NCBI GenBank assembly: GCA_030248215.1
Contig: JASANG010003005.1
Coordinates: 419,216-439,215 of the forward strand
Length of the DNA: 20,000 nucleotides
Reading direction: 5' to 3'
Source of the DNA: Enoplolaimus lenunculus
Lineage: Eukaryota
The notes below the pieces were generated by a model. It made no database searches, had not been told where the DNA came from, and worked only from the letters and a program-made list of their open reading frames with translations. Made by a program: the position numbers and the translations under genes. This document shows positions 19,476 through 20,000 of this stretch, in pieces (position 1 is the stretch's first letter; each line of letters begins with the position of its first letter).

Positions 19476-19786
19476 GTCTCTACCGAGGAAATACTGAGAA
19501 ATTTATAAAGTTCCCATCTGGCGTTTTTTGTCCCTTCCCGTAACATTTTGGACTGGTTCTGGGTGTGTAGGTTGGTCACAAATACCTAAAATTCGGCAAC
19601 TTTACATCATACAACGTGCGATATATTTGAAACCTTGATAGATGCGGGTTGAACGAATTATGCAACTTGTTTTATTTGCTATAAAAAAGCTTACAATCCT
19701 GAAAACTGGCTTCTTTTGGCAATTTTATTTCAAGTTTCAACCGTAAGGGAAGGAATTCCATTGGTGTGGATTTCATATTATTACAC

Positions 19787-20000
19787 ATCGTGTAAATCCC
19801 AGTGAGATGATTTTAACTCAGTATGAGTTGAATTACTCAATCTAATTTAGGACTTTCAGAACTCAGAATTCTGAGTGCGCAAACTCACTCTGAGATAATT
19901 ATTTAACGTACTCGGACTCAACTGAACTTAGAGTGATTGTCAACTCAACGTGGAGTGAATTAATGTTTACTGTAATTAACTCCGAAACAACTAACTCTCA
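19787..20000. mobile_element. Family F MITE, runs off the window end
   Basis: tgtaaatcccagtgagatgattttaactcag matches the start of 7896-8148; ACTCA/TGAGT repeats. Confidence 0.7.

Noticed and set aside
1..20000. Autonomous transposase or reverse transcriptase gene
   Set aside because: No ORF with DDE, RT or endonuclease motifs was seen; all elements are short and non-autonomous.

Overview
AT-rich eukaryotic (invertebrate animal) genomic DNA; TTAGGC-rich repeats and short T-rich 3' splice sites suggest a nematode, but this is inference. One protein-coding gene is supportable: a + strand cytosolic carboxypeptidase 6 (AGBL4/CCP6/ccpp-6-like, M14D tubulin deglutamylase). Its 8 exons (7661-7877, 9479-9603, 11211-11305, 12101-12317, 13914-14049, 15210-15324, 16672-16783, 18750-19039) splice in frame to about 435 aa; the C-terminus with the catalytic Glu lies beyond the window. 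Introns and upstream DNA are a dense mosaic of short non-autonomous transposons: GGCC-ended 8-bp-TSD elements carrying telomere-like (CCTAAG/TTAGGC) hexamers, hAT-like, piggyBac-like and TA-flanked palindromic MITEs, a tRNA-Val-derived SINE-like element and minisatellites. Most notable: intron 4 is bracketed by two inverted, tandemly expanded TTAGGC-bearing elements ending 12 and 11 nt from the splice sites; a piggyBac-like MITE carries a tRNA-like Pol III cassette; and the catalytic domain has a 29-aa Ser/Gly insertion. No prokaryote-type system (CRISPR, operon) is evident, and most listed ORFs are repeat artefacts.
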